35,037 nucleotides of DNA, taken from a virus. Taxonomy: Duplodnaviria > Caudoviricetes. Of the stretch, positions 10,283 to 19,954 are shown piece by piece. A model generated the notes under the pieces. It was not told the origin of the DNA. It saw only the letters and a list, made by a program, of their open reading frames with translations, and did not search any database. Position 1 is the stretch's first letter. Every line of letters begins with the position of its first letter. A program made the translations under genes and the position numbers. The stretch covers positions 1 through 35,037 of IMG/VR virus record IMGVR_UViG_3300032212_000096. The stretch is one strand, 5' to 3'.

Positions 10283-11011
10283 TTATTTACGCTTTTCAAG
10301 TTTTGCAAGTTCTGCTGCATATTCTCTTGTTTGTTTTAAATATGCTGCATCTCTAGTTTTAGGCATACCACGCTCATCTTTAGCCATAAGCATAGCTTCA
10401 TAACCCTCTTGTGTATGTGTAGGCTCTGATGATGCTACTTTATCAGAAGGTGCTAATGGTTGCCCTTTCATGTCGTTAATCCATGCTTCAAGCTTTCCAA
10501 TATCTTCTGCTGATTGCATAGAATTACCGATAGAATCCCTTAACCATTCTGGTGTGTTTGCACTTAACCAATCATTAGCATTATCAATACGTTGTTGTCC
10601 GTTTTCACCTAGATTCTCAATCTCTCTACTTCTAAAAGCTTCTTCTGCTTCTTGCTCTGCCTTGATTTGTGTTTCAATGATTTCATTGAACATATCATTA
10701 GACATATTATACTTTTCACCAATCTCTTTAAGACTATCAAGCATAGGCGATTCTACTGCTTCAATACCTTCTGATAGACTGTATCCGTCCTCTGGTTTAC
10801 CAGTAAAACCACCAAAACGACTCTCTAAGTCACCATAAGCTTTTGCTTGATCTGCAATAGTCTTATACTTAGAATCTTTAAACCACTCTGGCTTTTCACC
10901 TTCACCTGCAATACCTTCTGCATAACTGAATGAAGGCTCTTGTGTTTCTGTTGGTGTTTCCTGAGTTTCCTCAACTGCTGCTGTTTCTGTCTGGGTAGAT
11001 GTTTCTTCCAT
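10283..11011 (-). CDS. Capsid scaffolding protein
   Basis: Acidic 242 aa; KPEWF..KY....DQAKAY.DLE motif of T7 gp9-like scaffolds. Confidence 0.85.
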   Translation of the reverse strand: MEETSTQTETAAVEETQETPTETQEPSFSYAEGIAGEGEKPEWFKDSKYKTIADQAKAYGDLESRFGGFTGKPEDGYSLSEGIEAVESPMLDSLKEIGEKYNMSNDMFNEIIETQIKAEQEAEEAFRSREIENLGENGQQRIDNANDWLSANTPEWLRDSIGNSMQSAEDIGKLEAWINDMKGQPLAPSDKVASSEPTHTQEGYEAMLMAKDERGMPKTRDAAYLKQTREYAAELAKLEKRK

Positions 11012-11050
11012 CTAGTATCCTTTTAGTTTTCAGTTTATAGTCTTGTTAGA

Positions 11051-11683
11051 CTACGATAATGGCTTACGCTCAACTGTCATACTTGCACCTGTAACTACTA
11101 CACTTGTACTTGCATCACTTTTAGCATAGACTTCTAAAACGTCTGTAGCTGTTAAGCTTACTGCATCTAAGTAAGAAAAACCTACTGGCTTTCCTGCTCC
11201 ACGACCTTGAAGCTCTACACCATAGACTAAAGCACCATTTTTATATAGCATAAGTGTAACTGCATCTGCACTTGCAAACTCTGCTGTAACTGTTCCATAT
11301 ATAGCGTAAAGTCCTGTTTTATCTACCGTGAATGTATGTGCAGGTACAGCTTCACTTGTATCTATTACGGGGGTTACAGCTCCATTGATATTGTGTGTAA
11401 TAGTATCAAATAGAGATATTTTAGTAGGTGTTGTTGTGATAGTTTGTCCTGCTGAATAGGGAACAGCTAAGTGCATATGTGCTAAACCTACATTAGCTAA
11501 CTCAACAAGTGCTGCTTGTGCATCTGTAGCAGCAAGAGATGTTGAAGCATTATTGAAACTAACATTAGCACCTGTTAAGTCTCCAAACACTACCACTTTT
11601 TTATCTGCGGTAATACCACCAATAAACATACTTGTAATTTCTCCACTACCTAAAGCGTTTTGTAAATCTCTTTCTGTTGCCAT
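11051..11683 (-). CDS. Putative head fibre with a C1q/TNF-like C-terminal domain
   Basis: Fibre repeat ATDAQAALVEL, then the C1q-like pattern FTV..TGLY.I...LYKNG...L...D.LEVY. Confidence 0.55.
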   Translation of the reverse strand: MATERDLQNALGSGEITSMFIGGITADKKVVVFGDLTGANVSFNNASTSLAATDAQAALVELANVGLAHMHLAVPYSAGQTITTTPTKISLFDTITHNINGAVTPVIDTSEAVPAHTFTVDKTGLYAIYGTVTAEFASADAVTLMLYKNGALVYGVELQGRGAGKPVGFSYLDAVSLTATDVLEVYAKSDASTSVVVTGASMTVERKPLS

Positions 11684-11685
11684 GA

Positions 11686-11982
11686 TTAACCTTCCTTAGC
11701 AATTTCAATTTGTTGTAGTATCCATCTTACCACTCTAGCTTGACCTTCTCTAATGCCGATAGATACCATGTCATCATTAGGTTTAGCGATAGACTTTACT
11801 AGAAATGTTTGCATCATGTGTTTTAATGCTAATTGTCCTTCATCTGTATTGAAAGTATGGAAAAATATTTGAGCATCTTCAAGCATCTTTTTCTTACGCT
11901 TTTTGTTATCTTCCATATTTTGATTTTCAATGTTTGCAAAATCAAGCTCTAGTAAATCATCTATAAGTTTTTCATTGTGCAT
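11686..11982 (-). CDS. Bbp19-like conserved protein
   Basis: F.T.EGQ..L and REGQ..VV..I motifs; lies after the portal gene. Confidence 0.75.
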   Translation of the reverse strand: MHNEKLIDDLLELDFANIENQNMEDNKKRKKKMLEDAQIFFHTFNTDEGQLALKHMMQTFLVKSIAKPNDDMVSIGIREGQARVVRWILQQIEIAKEG

Positions 11983-13555
11983 TTTCTGCTCCCTGCTGCC
12001 CTGTAGCTACTGCTTCGGCTTTCATGCCTTCGCCCTCTGCTTCCATCTGTTGCATTTGTCGCATCTGTGCTTGTTGTGCCTGTTGTGCTTGTGCAATCTC
12101 TGCTTTACTATTGATATACTTTTTAGGTATTCCCATGAGATCAGCAATGCCTGATGGAACTTCGTCAAACTTGATTGTCTGAGCTAACACCTCTGGCGGT
12201 ACTGTTTGCTGTAGAACTTGTGCAAACTCAACAAGGTTTTCTACTTCATCTCTATCTCTTGCTTTAGATGCAGGTGACATAAATTGGAGTTTAACCTCTT
12301 TACCATCTACTTTAAAGTCTGCAATCTTCCCATTTTTCTTAAGAATATCAACGATTCTTGCTATAAGTGGTTCTAAGAACTCAGACTGAATACGACCAAA
12401 AGAAGCTGAACGCATCTCTTTAGATTCTTCATCTCTGATACCCATTTCAAAGGCAGTACGCTGTGGCTGTGTATCCACTTGACCGAAAGGCTCGGCTAAC
12501 ATGAAATTCTTAATACTATTTTGCAGGTCTTTAATAACAAGGTTTGCTAGTTGAGGGTCACCACCAGTCATTAAAGCTCTAATACTAGGATTTGTGTTAT
12601 CGTTACTCTCTACTGTATTGATGCTATTAGGTGCGAATGAAAAATGGTCTGGGTTAACTATACCATCATCTACTGCTGTATAAACTGGTGATACTGCTGT
12701 AGCTCCACCCTTAACATAAATCTCTACAATCTTGTTAAGTAGTTTGATAGATGGTAGTTTTCGCATAATACGACCACGTCCTAATGTTTCACCGCTAACT
12801 GCACTCTCTCTAAAAGCAATAAAAGGTGAAGTGTCTAATGTTTCTTCAAAAAGAATGTGCTTAAACTCTGTACTAATAACCATTGAAACATATTTGCCTA
12901 GCTTTTCATCATAAACTACACCCTCTTGAAGTGTAACCTCTGCAAACTCATCTTTAGCTAGTATCTGCGTAAGCTTTTCGCCTAATTTGGCTTTCTTCCA
13001 TATTGTAGTAATATCTCTGATTGGAGTCTTAATATCTCTCCAAATATTACCTATGTTCTCTTTGCGTGTTTTCTCTGGGATAATTTCAGATAGTGATACA
13101 CTTCTAAAGTTTAGGTGTGATCTGATTCCATCACCTTCCTCAACAATTAAACAAGCTGTTGAAATAGCTACATCTTGATAGCACTCCATAACCTGAGTAA
13201 TGAAGTTAGAGTTATCTAAATGCTCAAAAAGTACAGTAGTAGCTTCTTCTAGATATTCTTCTAGCTTCTCCACCTGTTCTTCTGGCACTTCACTACCTGC
13301 TTTAAACTTAACCCACTTACTGAATGATGGTGTTATTTGTGATTGTGTACGTGCAGCGAATCGGTCAAGAGCTTCCATAGCTGTATCATCATACAAGCCA
13401 TTTCTTTTATGCTCCCCTGCTGAGTGTTTGTCGATGGTTTCCTTCTCTGGCATAGCGTACTTATAACACTCTTTCAGATGGCTTTCCCATAGTAACTTAT
13501 TTGCCCTAGCGTTTTTAATACGCTTTGACATTGTTTTTATGTTAACTAAAGGCAT
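11972..13555 (-). CDS. Portal / head-tail connector (T7 gp8-like)
   Basis: YDDTA, GETLGRG, RTAFE and GRIQSEFLEPLIAR motifs. Confidence 0.93.
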   Translation of the reverse strand: MPLVNIKTMSKRIKNARANKLLWESHLKECYKYAMPEKETIDKHSAGEHKRNGLYDDTAMEALDRFAARTQSQITPSFSKWVKFKAGSEVPEEQVEKLEEYLEEATTVLFEHLDNSNFITQVMECYQDVAISTACLIVEEGDGIRSHLNFRSVSLSEIIPEKTRKENIGNIWRDIKTPIRDITTIWKKAKLGEKLTQILAKDEFAEVTLQEGVVYDEKLGKYVSMVISTEFKHILFEETLDTSPFIAFRESAVSGETLGRGRIMRKLPSIKLLNKIVEIYVKGGATAVSPVYTAVDDGIVNPDHFSFAPNSINTVESNDNTNPSIRALMTGGDPQLANLVIKDLQNSIKNFMLAEPFGQVDTQPQRTAFEMGIRDEESKEMRSASFGRIQSEFLEPLIARIVDILKKNGKIADFKVDGKEVKLQFMSPASKARDRDEVENLVEFAQVLQQTVPPEVLAQTIKFDEVPSGIADLMGIPKKYINSKAEIAQAQQAQQAQMRQMQQMEAEGEGMKAEAVATGQQGAENAQ

Positions 13556-13716
13556 TATTTTTTCTTAGCAGGTGCTTTTTTAGGTGCTGCTTTCACTTTT
13601 GCCTTATTAATTTTACACTCATGCAATAAAGGCTCAAATGGTTGGCTTGGCTCAATCTTGATAATCTCTCCACAATCTTCACAACTAATAACCGCAAAAT
13701 TTAATGACTTTAACAT
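13555..13716 (-). CDS. 53-aa Zn-finger-like protein with a Lys/Ala/Pro tail (not in ORF track)
   Basis: MLKSLNFAVISCEDCGE...HECKINKAKVKAAPKKAPAKKK; AAAGGA RBS; TAATG overlap with the portal start. Confidence 0.7.
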   Translation of the reverse strand: MLKSLNFAVISCEDCGEIIKIEPSQPFEPLLHECKINKAKVKAAPKKAPAKKK

Positions 13717-13729
13717 ATCTAATCCTTTT

Positions 13730-14125
13730 TTATTTGTCTATACCTAGCTCACCGCCAGTTAATAGAGATTGTTTACCTACTGCAAACTTCTTAGCCCTTA
13801 ACTTCCTAGCCCACTCTGTATCTTGCTTTAATAAGCTCTGTTCTGCTTTAGATTCGATACCTCGTAAACTTGAAAAAGTAGCACCTCCGCCAAATTGCTT
13901 GATAACATCTGCATCATACTTTTCGGTAAGTCGCTTTGTTTCGGCTGTACCTTTTGATATATCCTCTAGCCTTTTTGTGTCTGCTGCCCTTGCTGCTGCT
14001 GTTTGAAAAGGTGCGGCAAATTCTTCACCTCTGCCACCCATAATAGCACCACCTACTGCACGACCTACATCTTCAAAAGGTCGTTCGATGCTTCTTCTGA
14101 ATCTTCTAACACTTCCACCACCCAT
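13730..14125 (-). CDS. Small virion protein (T7 gp7.3-like position)
   Basis: MGGG start and GKQSLLTG end; lies upstream of the portal gene. Confidence 0.55.
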   Translation of the reverse strand: MGGGSVRRFRRSIERPFEDVGRAVGGAIMGGRGEEFAAPFQTAAARAADTKRLEDISKGTAETKRLTEKYDADVIKQFGGGATFSSLRGIESKAEQSLLKQDTEWARKLRAKKFAVGKQSLLTGGELGIDK

Positions 14126-14126
14126 A

Positions 14127-14495
14127 TTAAACCTTCATCTCTAGTATCCAAGAGTTTTTGCCTATCTCTCTACTGTGGTTAGGATAGAAGTTAACCTTAC
14201 CTGTGTATAGTATAGGAATATTATTGATGATAGTATAACACTTATATAATGCTTTTGCAAACTCTACCATTTCTTTATGTACTGACCTTTTATTCTCTCT
14301 CCAAGCATAGTTAGCAATAGCATAAGAACCATAGAAAGATATACATAATATCCCTTCTCCTGATACAGCAGCCCAATTATGATGAATCTCTTTAAAGTAT
14401 TCCTCTACTTCTTTGTCGTGATCTTCTCTTATTGAAGTACCTCTTAGCTTATCTAGCAGTATAGGCTTAACGAAATCATCATTAACTCTAATCAT
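14127..14495 (-). CDS. Hypothetical protein (possibly degenerate GNAT-like)
   Basis: ORF coupled to terL; start uncertain (14495 or 14501). Confidence 0.45.
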   Translation of the reverse strand: MIRVNDDFVKPILLDKLRGTSIREDHDKEVEEYFKEIHHNWAAVSGEGILCISFYGSYAIANYAWRENKRSVHKEMVEFAKALYKCYTIINNIPILYTGKVNFYPNHSREIGKNSWILEMKV

Positions 14496-15777
14496 AAACA
14501 TTCCACTCTTTAGGCTTGAAGCTACCACTTGATGCTTTTCTGTTGATGTTACGTGTTGTCTTGATAGGGAATAGTTTAGCTATTAAGTAGCCTAGTGCAT
14601 CAATACCTTTATTGTCATGCCCGTTCTTCTTGTCTGGCATCTTGGTATTTTCATCATAAGCTTGTTGCTCTACTGCTTTGGTTAACTTAGGTGTCTTATT
14701 TATGTTGACAAACAAACGTCTATGCCCTTCTGCATTACCAAACATTACATTCATGCCATTTACTCTATCCATGATTGCAGGGTTAGTTGAGTTTGCTTTG
14801 ATGGTAAAACCTGCTTGTTTGAGTAAGTTAATATCTGATGTGTTAGCCTGTACGCTTTTACGTGCATTACCTGCTGCATCTGGATAACAATATACTCTAC
14901 GACCTCTATACTTTTCCTCTAGTACACTAACAAGCTCTGGTGTATCAAATAAATCTACAAACTCATCAATAGCATACACTCTTTGATCTTTAACTAGACA
15001 TACGATTGCACTCATAGCTGATACATTGAAGTCAATACCTATGTGAATATCACTTATGTTATCATCATCTACTGATGTATCGTTTAGGGTTCTATCAAAT
15101 TGCGTGTAAACTGTACCGCTTGTAAGATTGGTGAACTCTCCATCTAAATAAGCACCAATAAGTTCTGGTGGGTATTGTGACTTCATTGTATCTATGTAAT
15201 CTTGTGGTAGGTGGTAGTTATCAGTAGTCTTAGCTTTAATCAATCGCTTGTTTTCGTCTGATTCTTCTACAAAAATGCGATACATAGCCCTAAAACCTTC
15301 TGGTGTTGATACAATAACCATTTGTCTTACTGTACCTACACGAATACGACCTAATAACTTAATAAAAGCATTGTAAGCTAGTTCTGGTTTAGCTGTATCG
15401 AACTCGTCCATAACAACCCATGCAGCATTAATACCGATGAGTCTTTCATATCCTTCCATTGATTTACAGATGATACGTGTTTCTTTACCTTCAATAGTAC
15501 AGTAAAAGATACTTTCACCTGCTTTGAACTCGTAAGGGATATTGTAGAAGTTTAGAGCATCTTTTAACTCTGGAATAAGAATTTGTGTAAGTAGTGGAAA
15601 GTTTGGCTCTGTTACGATACCATCACAACCTGCATTTCTCATAGCAAGATCAACTGCTTTACGTGCTACTGCATAAGTCTTTCCTGCACCAAAGCCACTT
15701 ACTAAGCCTAGTATCTTTGTATTTATGTCTGTAAGCAGTTGGTATTGATGAGGTAGTAGGCTAAGAGCTTTTTTCAA
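14488..15777 (-). CDS. terL: Terminase large subunit
   Basis: Walker A GFGAGKT, Walker B VVMDE, STPEG, and RNase H-like GIDFN ... DALGY. Confidence 0.95.
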   Translation of the reverse strand: MKKALSLLPHQYQLLTDINTKILGLVSGFGAGKTYAVARKAVDLAMRNAGCDGIVTEPNFPLLTQILIPELKDALNFYNIPYEFKAGESIFYCTIEGKETRIICKSMEGYERLIGINAAWVVMDEFDTAKPELAYNAFIKLLGRIRVGTVRQMVIVSTPEGFRAMYRIFVEESDENKRLIKAKTTDNYHLPQDYIDTMKSQYPPELIGAYLDGEFTNLTSGTVYTQFDRTLNDTSVDDDNISDIHIGIDFNVSAMSAIVCLVKDQRVYAIDEFVDLFDTPELVSVLEEKYRGRRVYCYPDAAGNARKSVQANTSDINLLKQAGFTIKANSTNPAIMDRVNGMNVMFGNAEGHRRLFVNINKTPKLTKAVEQQAYDENTKMPDKKNGHDNKGIDALGYLIAKLFPIKTTRNINRKASSGSFKPKEWNVYD

Positions 15778-16320
15778 TTACGCTCCCTTAGTATCTTCAA
15801 CATAAACAACTGTTAAAGGTTCGTTACTCTTATCACTCTCTTTAACTGGTGCTTTATATGTTTCTGTAACCCCTAATATCTGTTTTCGGTTACGCTCTGT
15901 TGCTTGTGTGATACCTAAAAGGTTTGGTAGTTGTTGTATAGCTTCTGTACCATCTTCACACTCTGCTATTCGCTGTGCTATGTTCTCTTGTGCTATGTTT
16001 ACTAGCTCTTGATTTTGTATGGTCGCATTGTTAAATAAGTTCATGCTTTGAGCCATTGTTAGATAGACTTCATCATAGGCTTTTTTCTCTGCGTTATTTA
16101 ATGCGTTTTTCTGCGTTTTTATTTCATTAGCTATTATAGTATTAGAAATTTCCTCTTTTGCAAGGTCTGTAATTGCGTTTTTCTCTACATCGTTATTTTT
16201 GATATAAACACGTACTGCCGACTCGCTACATTCTACCTGTCTTGCTATCTCTCTGTTGGATATTCCACCTATTTTTGCAAGTACGTTTATACGCTCTTTT
16301 TGCTCTTTCGATAATGCCAT
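15778..16320 (-). CDS. terS: Terminase small subunit (N-terminal HTH)
   Basis: SNREIARQVECSESAVR HTH; abuts terL. Confidence 0.7.
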   Translation of the reverse strand: MALSKEQKERINVLAKIGGISNREIARQVECSESAVRVYIKNNDVEKNAITDLAKEEISNTIIANEIKTQKNALNNAEKKAYDEVYLTMAQSMNLFNNATIQNQELVNIAQENIAQRIAECEDGTEAIQQLPNLLGITQATERNRKQILGVTETYKAPVKESDKSNEPLTVVYVEDTKGA

Positions 16321-16326
16321 ACGTAA

Positions 16327-16572
16327 TTAGTTATCTCTCATATCAGAATAGTATAAATCTCTGTTGTTACAAGCTATGTTACATAACTTCGGCAGGTGTG
16401 GACTTCTTGTCTTTAGGCTTTTCACCTTATCATTACAGTTTGATTTAGGGTTTAGTATTAAGTGATCTGCACAACTATCCATTAACTTTAGATATTTAAC
16501 GTGATACTCTTGACTTAATCCTGTAGCGTGTAGACTTGTGGCAACTAATGCTGCTAATAATAACTTTTTCAT
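16327..16572 (-). CDS. Secreted 4-Cys small protein
   Basis: Signal peptide MKKLLLAALVATSLHA; RBS lies in an AUAGGA hairpin. Confidence 0.7.
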   Translation of the reverse strand: MKKLLLAALVATSLHATGLSQEYHVKYLKLMDSCADHLILNPKSNCNDKVKSLKTRSPHLPKLCNIACNNRDLYYSDMRDN

Positions 16573-16575
16573 CTT

Positions 16576-16589
16576 AACCTCCTATGGTT
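16576..16589 (-). promoter_or_regulatory. RBS hairpin AACC-ATAGGA-GGTT
   Basis: One of four related RBS hairpins. Confidence 0.6.
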
Positions 16590-16595
16590 GATTGT

Positions 16596-16787
16596 TTAAA
16601 AACAGCTTTTGCCTTTGGCTTTTTGTTTCTTGCACCAAGCATCTTGACTTTTCTTGGCTTTAGCATAAGCTGAAACTTCACTTGCTGAGTTTGGGTTAGT
16701 AGCTCTTAATCCAGAAAAAGCACTATTTCTAGCGTTTGTCTTTTTCTCTTTAACTTTTCTGGTTGCTTTTAGAATACTCTTTGGCAT
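16596..16787 (-). CDS. Small basic hypothetical protein
   Basis: 63-aa Lys-rich ORF with an RBS. Confidence 0.55.
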   Translation of the reverse strand: MPKSILKATRKVKEKKTNARNSAFSGLRATNPNSASEVSAYAKAKKSQDAWCKKQKAKGKSCF

Positions 16788-16962
16788 CTTTATCCCTTTT
16801 ATATCTTAGTTCTGCATTTTCTAAGGTTAATCGTTTAACCTCATTATCAGCTTCAACAAGCTTTTTATAGGTAACTAAAAAGCTTTGCTCTAAGTCTTTA
16901 TAAGATGGTTTACTACCATCTGGCAATACTGTTTTAAAACGCTTCTTTTTCTTATGTTCCAA
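16750..16962 (-). CDS. Hypothetical coiled-coil protein
   Basis: TTG start with AAAGGA RBS, directly behind a promoter. Confidence 0.55.
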   Translation of the reverse strand: MEHKKKKRFKTVLPDGSKPSYKDLEQSFLVTYKKLVEADNEVKRLTLENAELRYKRDKDAKEYSKSNQKS

Positions 16963-16979
16963 AGCATATCCTTTGTATT

Positions 16980-16988
16980 ATTATATCA
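16980..16988 (-). promoter_or_regulatory. Extended -10 promoter TGATATAAT heading the packaging/structural operon
   Basis: Consensus TGnTATAAT in an intergenic gap. Confidence 0.65.
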
Positions 16989-17052
16989 TAACTAAAAACC
17001 GCTTTGTAATAGCTTTAAATGCTGTTTGCTCTCGTATAGGAATACCAACTAA

Positions 17053-17178
17053 TTAAGTTTTTTGATATGGTATCCTATAAACTGCCTTCATAGGCTTTTC
17101 ACACTTAGGGCATACTTTGATGTCACATCTCTCTATTTTACACGCATGGCACTTATAAACAGGCTTTAAGTTATCCAT
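17053..17178 (-). CDS. 41-aa Zn-ribbon protein (not in ORF track)
   Basis: MDNLKPVYKCHACKIERCDIKVCPKCEKPM..., with two CxxC motifs. Confidence 0.6.
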   Translation of the reverse strand: MDNLKPVYKCHACKIERCDIKVCPKCEKPMKAVYRIPYQKT

Positions 17179-17240
17179 ACTTGTACCCAACTAAAGCTAG
17201 AACGAAAGAGATCATAACAATCATTACTTTCATATCGTCC

Positions 17241-17501
17241 TCATCTATGATTGACATTACAAATAGTGCAAGGGATAGGGTTAACATTCCATATTGTACC
17301 CTGTTTCTTTACTAAGATGTAATCTGTTTTCATTTCCGCTAACTCGTCCATAAGAGATTTCATTATCTTCATGGCTTCTTTGAGAAACGCTTCATTCCTT
17401 TTGTTCTCTTTGTTTAAGCCCTCTCTGTCTATTGAGCAGTTACCCCAAAGACTTTCTAAGGCTTTTAGTTCCATTTGTAGACTTGCTATTCTGTCGTACA
17501 T
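17241..17501 (-). CDS. Hypothetical protein
   Basis: ORF with AAGGAG RBS. Confidence 0.55.
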   Translation of the reverse strand: MYDRIASLQMELKALESLWGNCSIDREGLNKENKRNEAFLKEAMKIMKSLMDELAEMKTDYILVKKQGTIWNVNPIPCTICNVNHR

Positions 17502-17503
17502 GG

Positions 17504-17692
17504 TTACTCCTTATTTGTAGGTTCTTTTCCGTTTAAGTTATTCACTTCTAATTTCGCTTTTTCTAATTGACATTCAGAATAAGTTACTGGATGCCAACAG
17601 TGACCGCAATATTGAATAACATTACTCCAAAATACTAAACCCTTTTCTTGTAAATAGTATTCGCCTTTTTTATATTTTAGTCTATACATCAC
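17504..17692 (-). CDS. Hypothetical protein
   Basis: ORF with AAGGAG RBS. Confidence 0.55.
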   Translation of the reverse strand: MMYRLKYKKGEYYLQEKGLVFWSNVIQYCGHCWHPVTYSECQLEKAKLEVNNLNGKEPTNKE

Positions 17693-17717
17693 TTCTCCTT
17701 TTTAAAGCTAACTAAAG

Positions 17718-17945
17718 CTATTGTTTGTCTTGGTTGTTGTTATCGTCTAATTTTCCACTTGATACCATTCTTAGGTATTTATTCTTTAATGACTCAAGTT
17801 CTATAACACAATCAGATAAAGTTGTTATTACCTGCTCATCACTTACTTGTTCTAGAGCCATAATATCTGCGACTCTAAGTGCAAAAGGCTCTCTTGTACT
17901 CTTTAACTTTTGACACATTCTAATTCTTACTTCTCTTAGTTTCAT
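17718..17945 (-). CDS. Hypothetical protein
   Basis: ORF tightly packed in the operon. Confidence 0.55.
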   Translation of the reverse strand: MKLREVRIRMCQKLKSTREPFALRVADIMALEQVSDEQVITTLSDCVIELESLKNKYLRMVSSGKLDDNNNQDKQ

Positions 17946-18359
17946 CTATCCTTCTCCCTCTATGGCGTGAATGCCTGTGACTTTACAATTCATAACCCAT
18001 TTTTCCATTCCCCATAAAGAGTTTCCACTTCCGATTTTATAAAGAGTATCATGAACAAAAAATGAACCTTTTATTATGATAGCTATAAAATAATTATCTT
18101 GTTTTGACTCTACATATTCAAACTTTGTACCACCATTCCCATCACTACTAAGGCTTGCAAATATAGGTGTACCATCTGAGTCGTTCATACCGCTATTTGT
18201 AAAGTGGATAGATAGAGTTGATTTATCAATCTTTGAATACCCATCTTCTGCAATAAGTACATCTTTTTGACCGTTAAAATAATCCAATACTCCTTTCCCT
18301 TTAACCCACTCATCACTATCTATCTTCTTAGCTCTGTATATTGTTTCTACTTGCATCAC
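17946..18359 (-). CDS. YopX-like protein
   Basis: YRAKKIDSDEWVKG and SGMNDSDGTPIF resemble YopX motifs. Confidence 0.55.
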   Translation of the reverse strand: MMQVETIYRAKKIDSDEWVKGKGVLDYFNGQKDVLIAEDGYSKIDKSTLSIHFTNSGMNDSDGTPIFASLSSDGNGGTKFEYVESKQDNYFIAIIIKGSFFVHDTLYKIGSGNSLWGMEKWVMNCKVTGIHAIEGEG

Positions 18360-18940
18360 TTCTCCTTATCAGTTAGCTCATATAAAGCTACTGTATCTGT
18401 AGGCTCTATGTCTTGAGATTTGAGCCAGTCGTTCCAATCAGATGTAAAGAAACTATCATCAATATATTTCCATTTTGTAATTTCTTCTGCTTCTGATATC
18501 ACTATCTCAATCACCTTTTTAACACTTACTTCACCTACTGTAAAGCGTAGTCTTGATTGTTCGTAGGTCATTTCTGAGGCAGGTTGCCACTCAGCATGAA
18601 AGTGAAATTTAGTTTTATCCATATCACATGATACATAAGTTGAACCATCATGTTCTCTTTCACATATTAAATAATCCTCAGCGATATAAATATCATCACC
18701 TTGCTTTAGAGGTAAAAGCTCAAGTAATAGTTCATCATAACAGCCTACACATTTTAATTCATCTTTGAAAGGGTTTGCAATATGCCCACAATGAGAACAC
18801 ACATAAGGGTCATATTCCCCGACTGTTATCTTTGGTCGTATATATTTATCTTCATCAATCTTAATCACCATAAGCCTAGCACCATTTAAGATAGACTCTA
18901 ATGTTTGTGGTGTTGGTATATGTTGTATTGGTTGGTTCAT
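18356..18940 (-). CDS. ASCH/PUA-like phage protein with a Zn-finger insertion
   Basis: SILNGA, GDDIYIAE and WQPASEM...SRLRFTV..V.V motifs; two CxxC inserted. Confidence 0.55.
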   Translation of the reverse strand: MNQPIQHIPTPQTLESILNGARLMVIKIDEDKYIRPKITVGEYDPYVCSHCGHIANPFKDELKCVGCYDELLLELLPLKQGDDIYIAEDYLICEREHDGSTYVSCDMDKTKFHFHAEWQPASEMTYEQSRLRFTVGEVSVKKVIEIVISEAEEITKWKYIDDSFFTSDWNDWLKSQDIEPTDTVALYELTDKEK

Positions 18941-19185
18941 CTCTTATCCTTTTCCCAGTCAGTACAACTAAACCCATCTTTGATAGGTAATTGTCCTAAT
19001 GGTTCGTTATCGTCATCATAGATAGTGTGTAATGCACAATATACGTTATCTATTGAATAGTGGCATGAGGCACATTGTTGCTTATCAAGGTCATCAAATA
19101 TTTTGTTTACTTGCTGATTGGTTCTTATCATAGCTTTGTAATCGTAACAATCACTAGGTCTTAGTGTGTAATCATCTCGTTTCAT
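18937..19185 (-). CDS. Cys-rich hypothetical protein
   Basis: CASCHY...YC...FSCTDW; probable start MKRDD. Confidence 0.55.
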   Translation of the reverse strand: MKRDDYTLRPSDCYDYKAMIRTNQQVNKIFDDLDKQQCASCHYSIDNVYCALHTIYDDDNEPLGQLPIKDGFSCTDWEKDKR

Positions 19186-19186
19186 C

Positions 19187-19954
19187 TTACACCTCACTAT
19201 CAAGACTGAAAGAACCATCATTTAGAACTTTGCACAGGGCTTCTGCTGTGTCGTGGTACATGGATAACCCCTCAACATTAGGATATGAACTATCGCTACA
19301 TTCATGCTGTTCTGTATCGTGGTCGAACCAAACTACAAAATTGCCCTCTAAATCACCTTGAAAGTCCAACACCCATTTAAGAAGTCTGTTATGTCGTTGC
19401 ATGGCTTTTGATGCTATCTTGGCTTGTTCTTTGGTTTTGTAGCAGTTTGCAAAATTAATTAGTAATTCACCATCTTCATCAGGCTGAAACATACTTTTCT
19501 CAACTTCTCCAAATTGGTCTATGGAATAAAAATACTCATAATTTTCAGGCTTCCACCATATAGGTGCAGATTCTTTGAGTCTGTAACTCATTTTTTTATC
19601 ATAGTTCTCAAAGAATTTTACTATACTAGACCGTCCTAAATCTTCTGCATCCATAGTCCACTCAACCTCAACACTACTATTTTTAGCTACTGCTTCTGCA
19701 ATATGAGCGTGGTCTTTGTGGATAAGTTTATATTTTGCTTTTGTAGATGCAAAAGTACAAGATTCTAAAGCTCTAAAATCTGAAATTTCATCTTTAGCAT
19801 AACAAATATAATCACCAGTAGCATACAACTCTTTAAGTTTATCTAACTCTGATTTTTCACCATTTACCAACACCATCTTATCATTAGATGCACCACCTAA
19901 CATATCGTAAAAGTTTTCGCTTACTTCGATTGTTACTGTTTTCTCTTGGCTCAT
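19187..19954 (-). CDS. Hypothetical phage protein
   Basis: Probable start MSQEK; YFYSID.FGEV...NCYKTKEQA motif. Confidence 0.6.
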   Translation of the reverse strand: MSQEKTVTIEVSENFYDMLGGASNDKMVLVNGEKSELDKLKELYATGDYICYAKDEISDFRALESCTFASTKAKYKLIHKDHAHIAEAVAKNSSVEVEWTMDAEDLGRSSIVKFFENYDKKMSYRLKESAPIWWKPENYEYFYSIDQFGEVEKSMFQPDEDGELLINFANCYKTKEQAKIASKAMQRHNRLLKWVLDFQGDLEGNFVVWFDHDTEQHECSDSSYPNVEGLSMYHDTAEALCKVLNDGSFSLDSEV

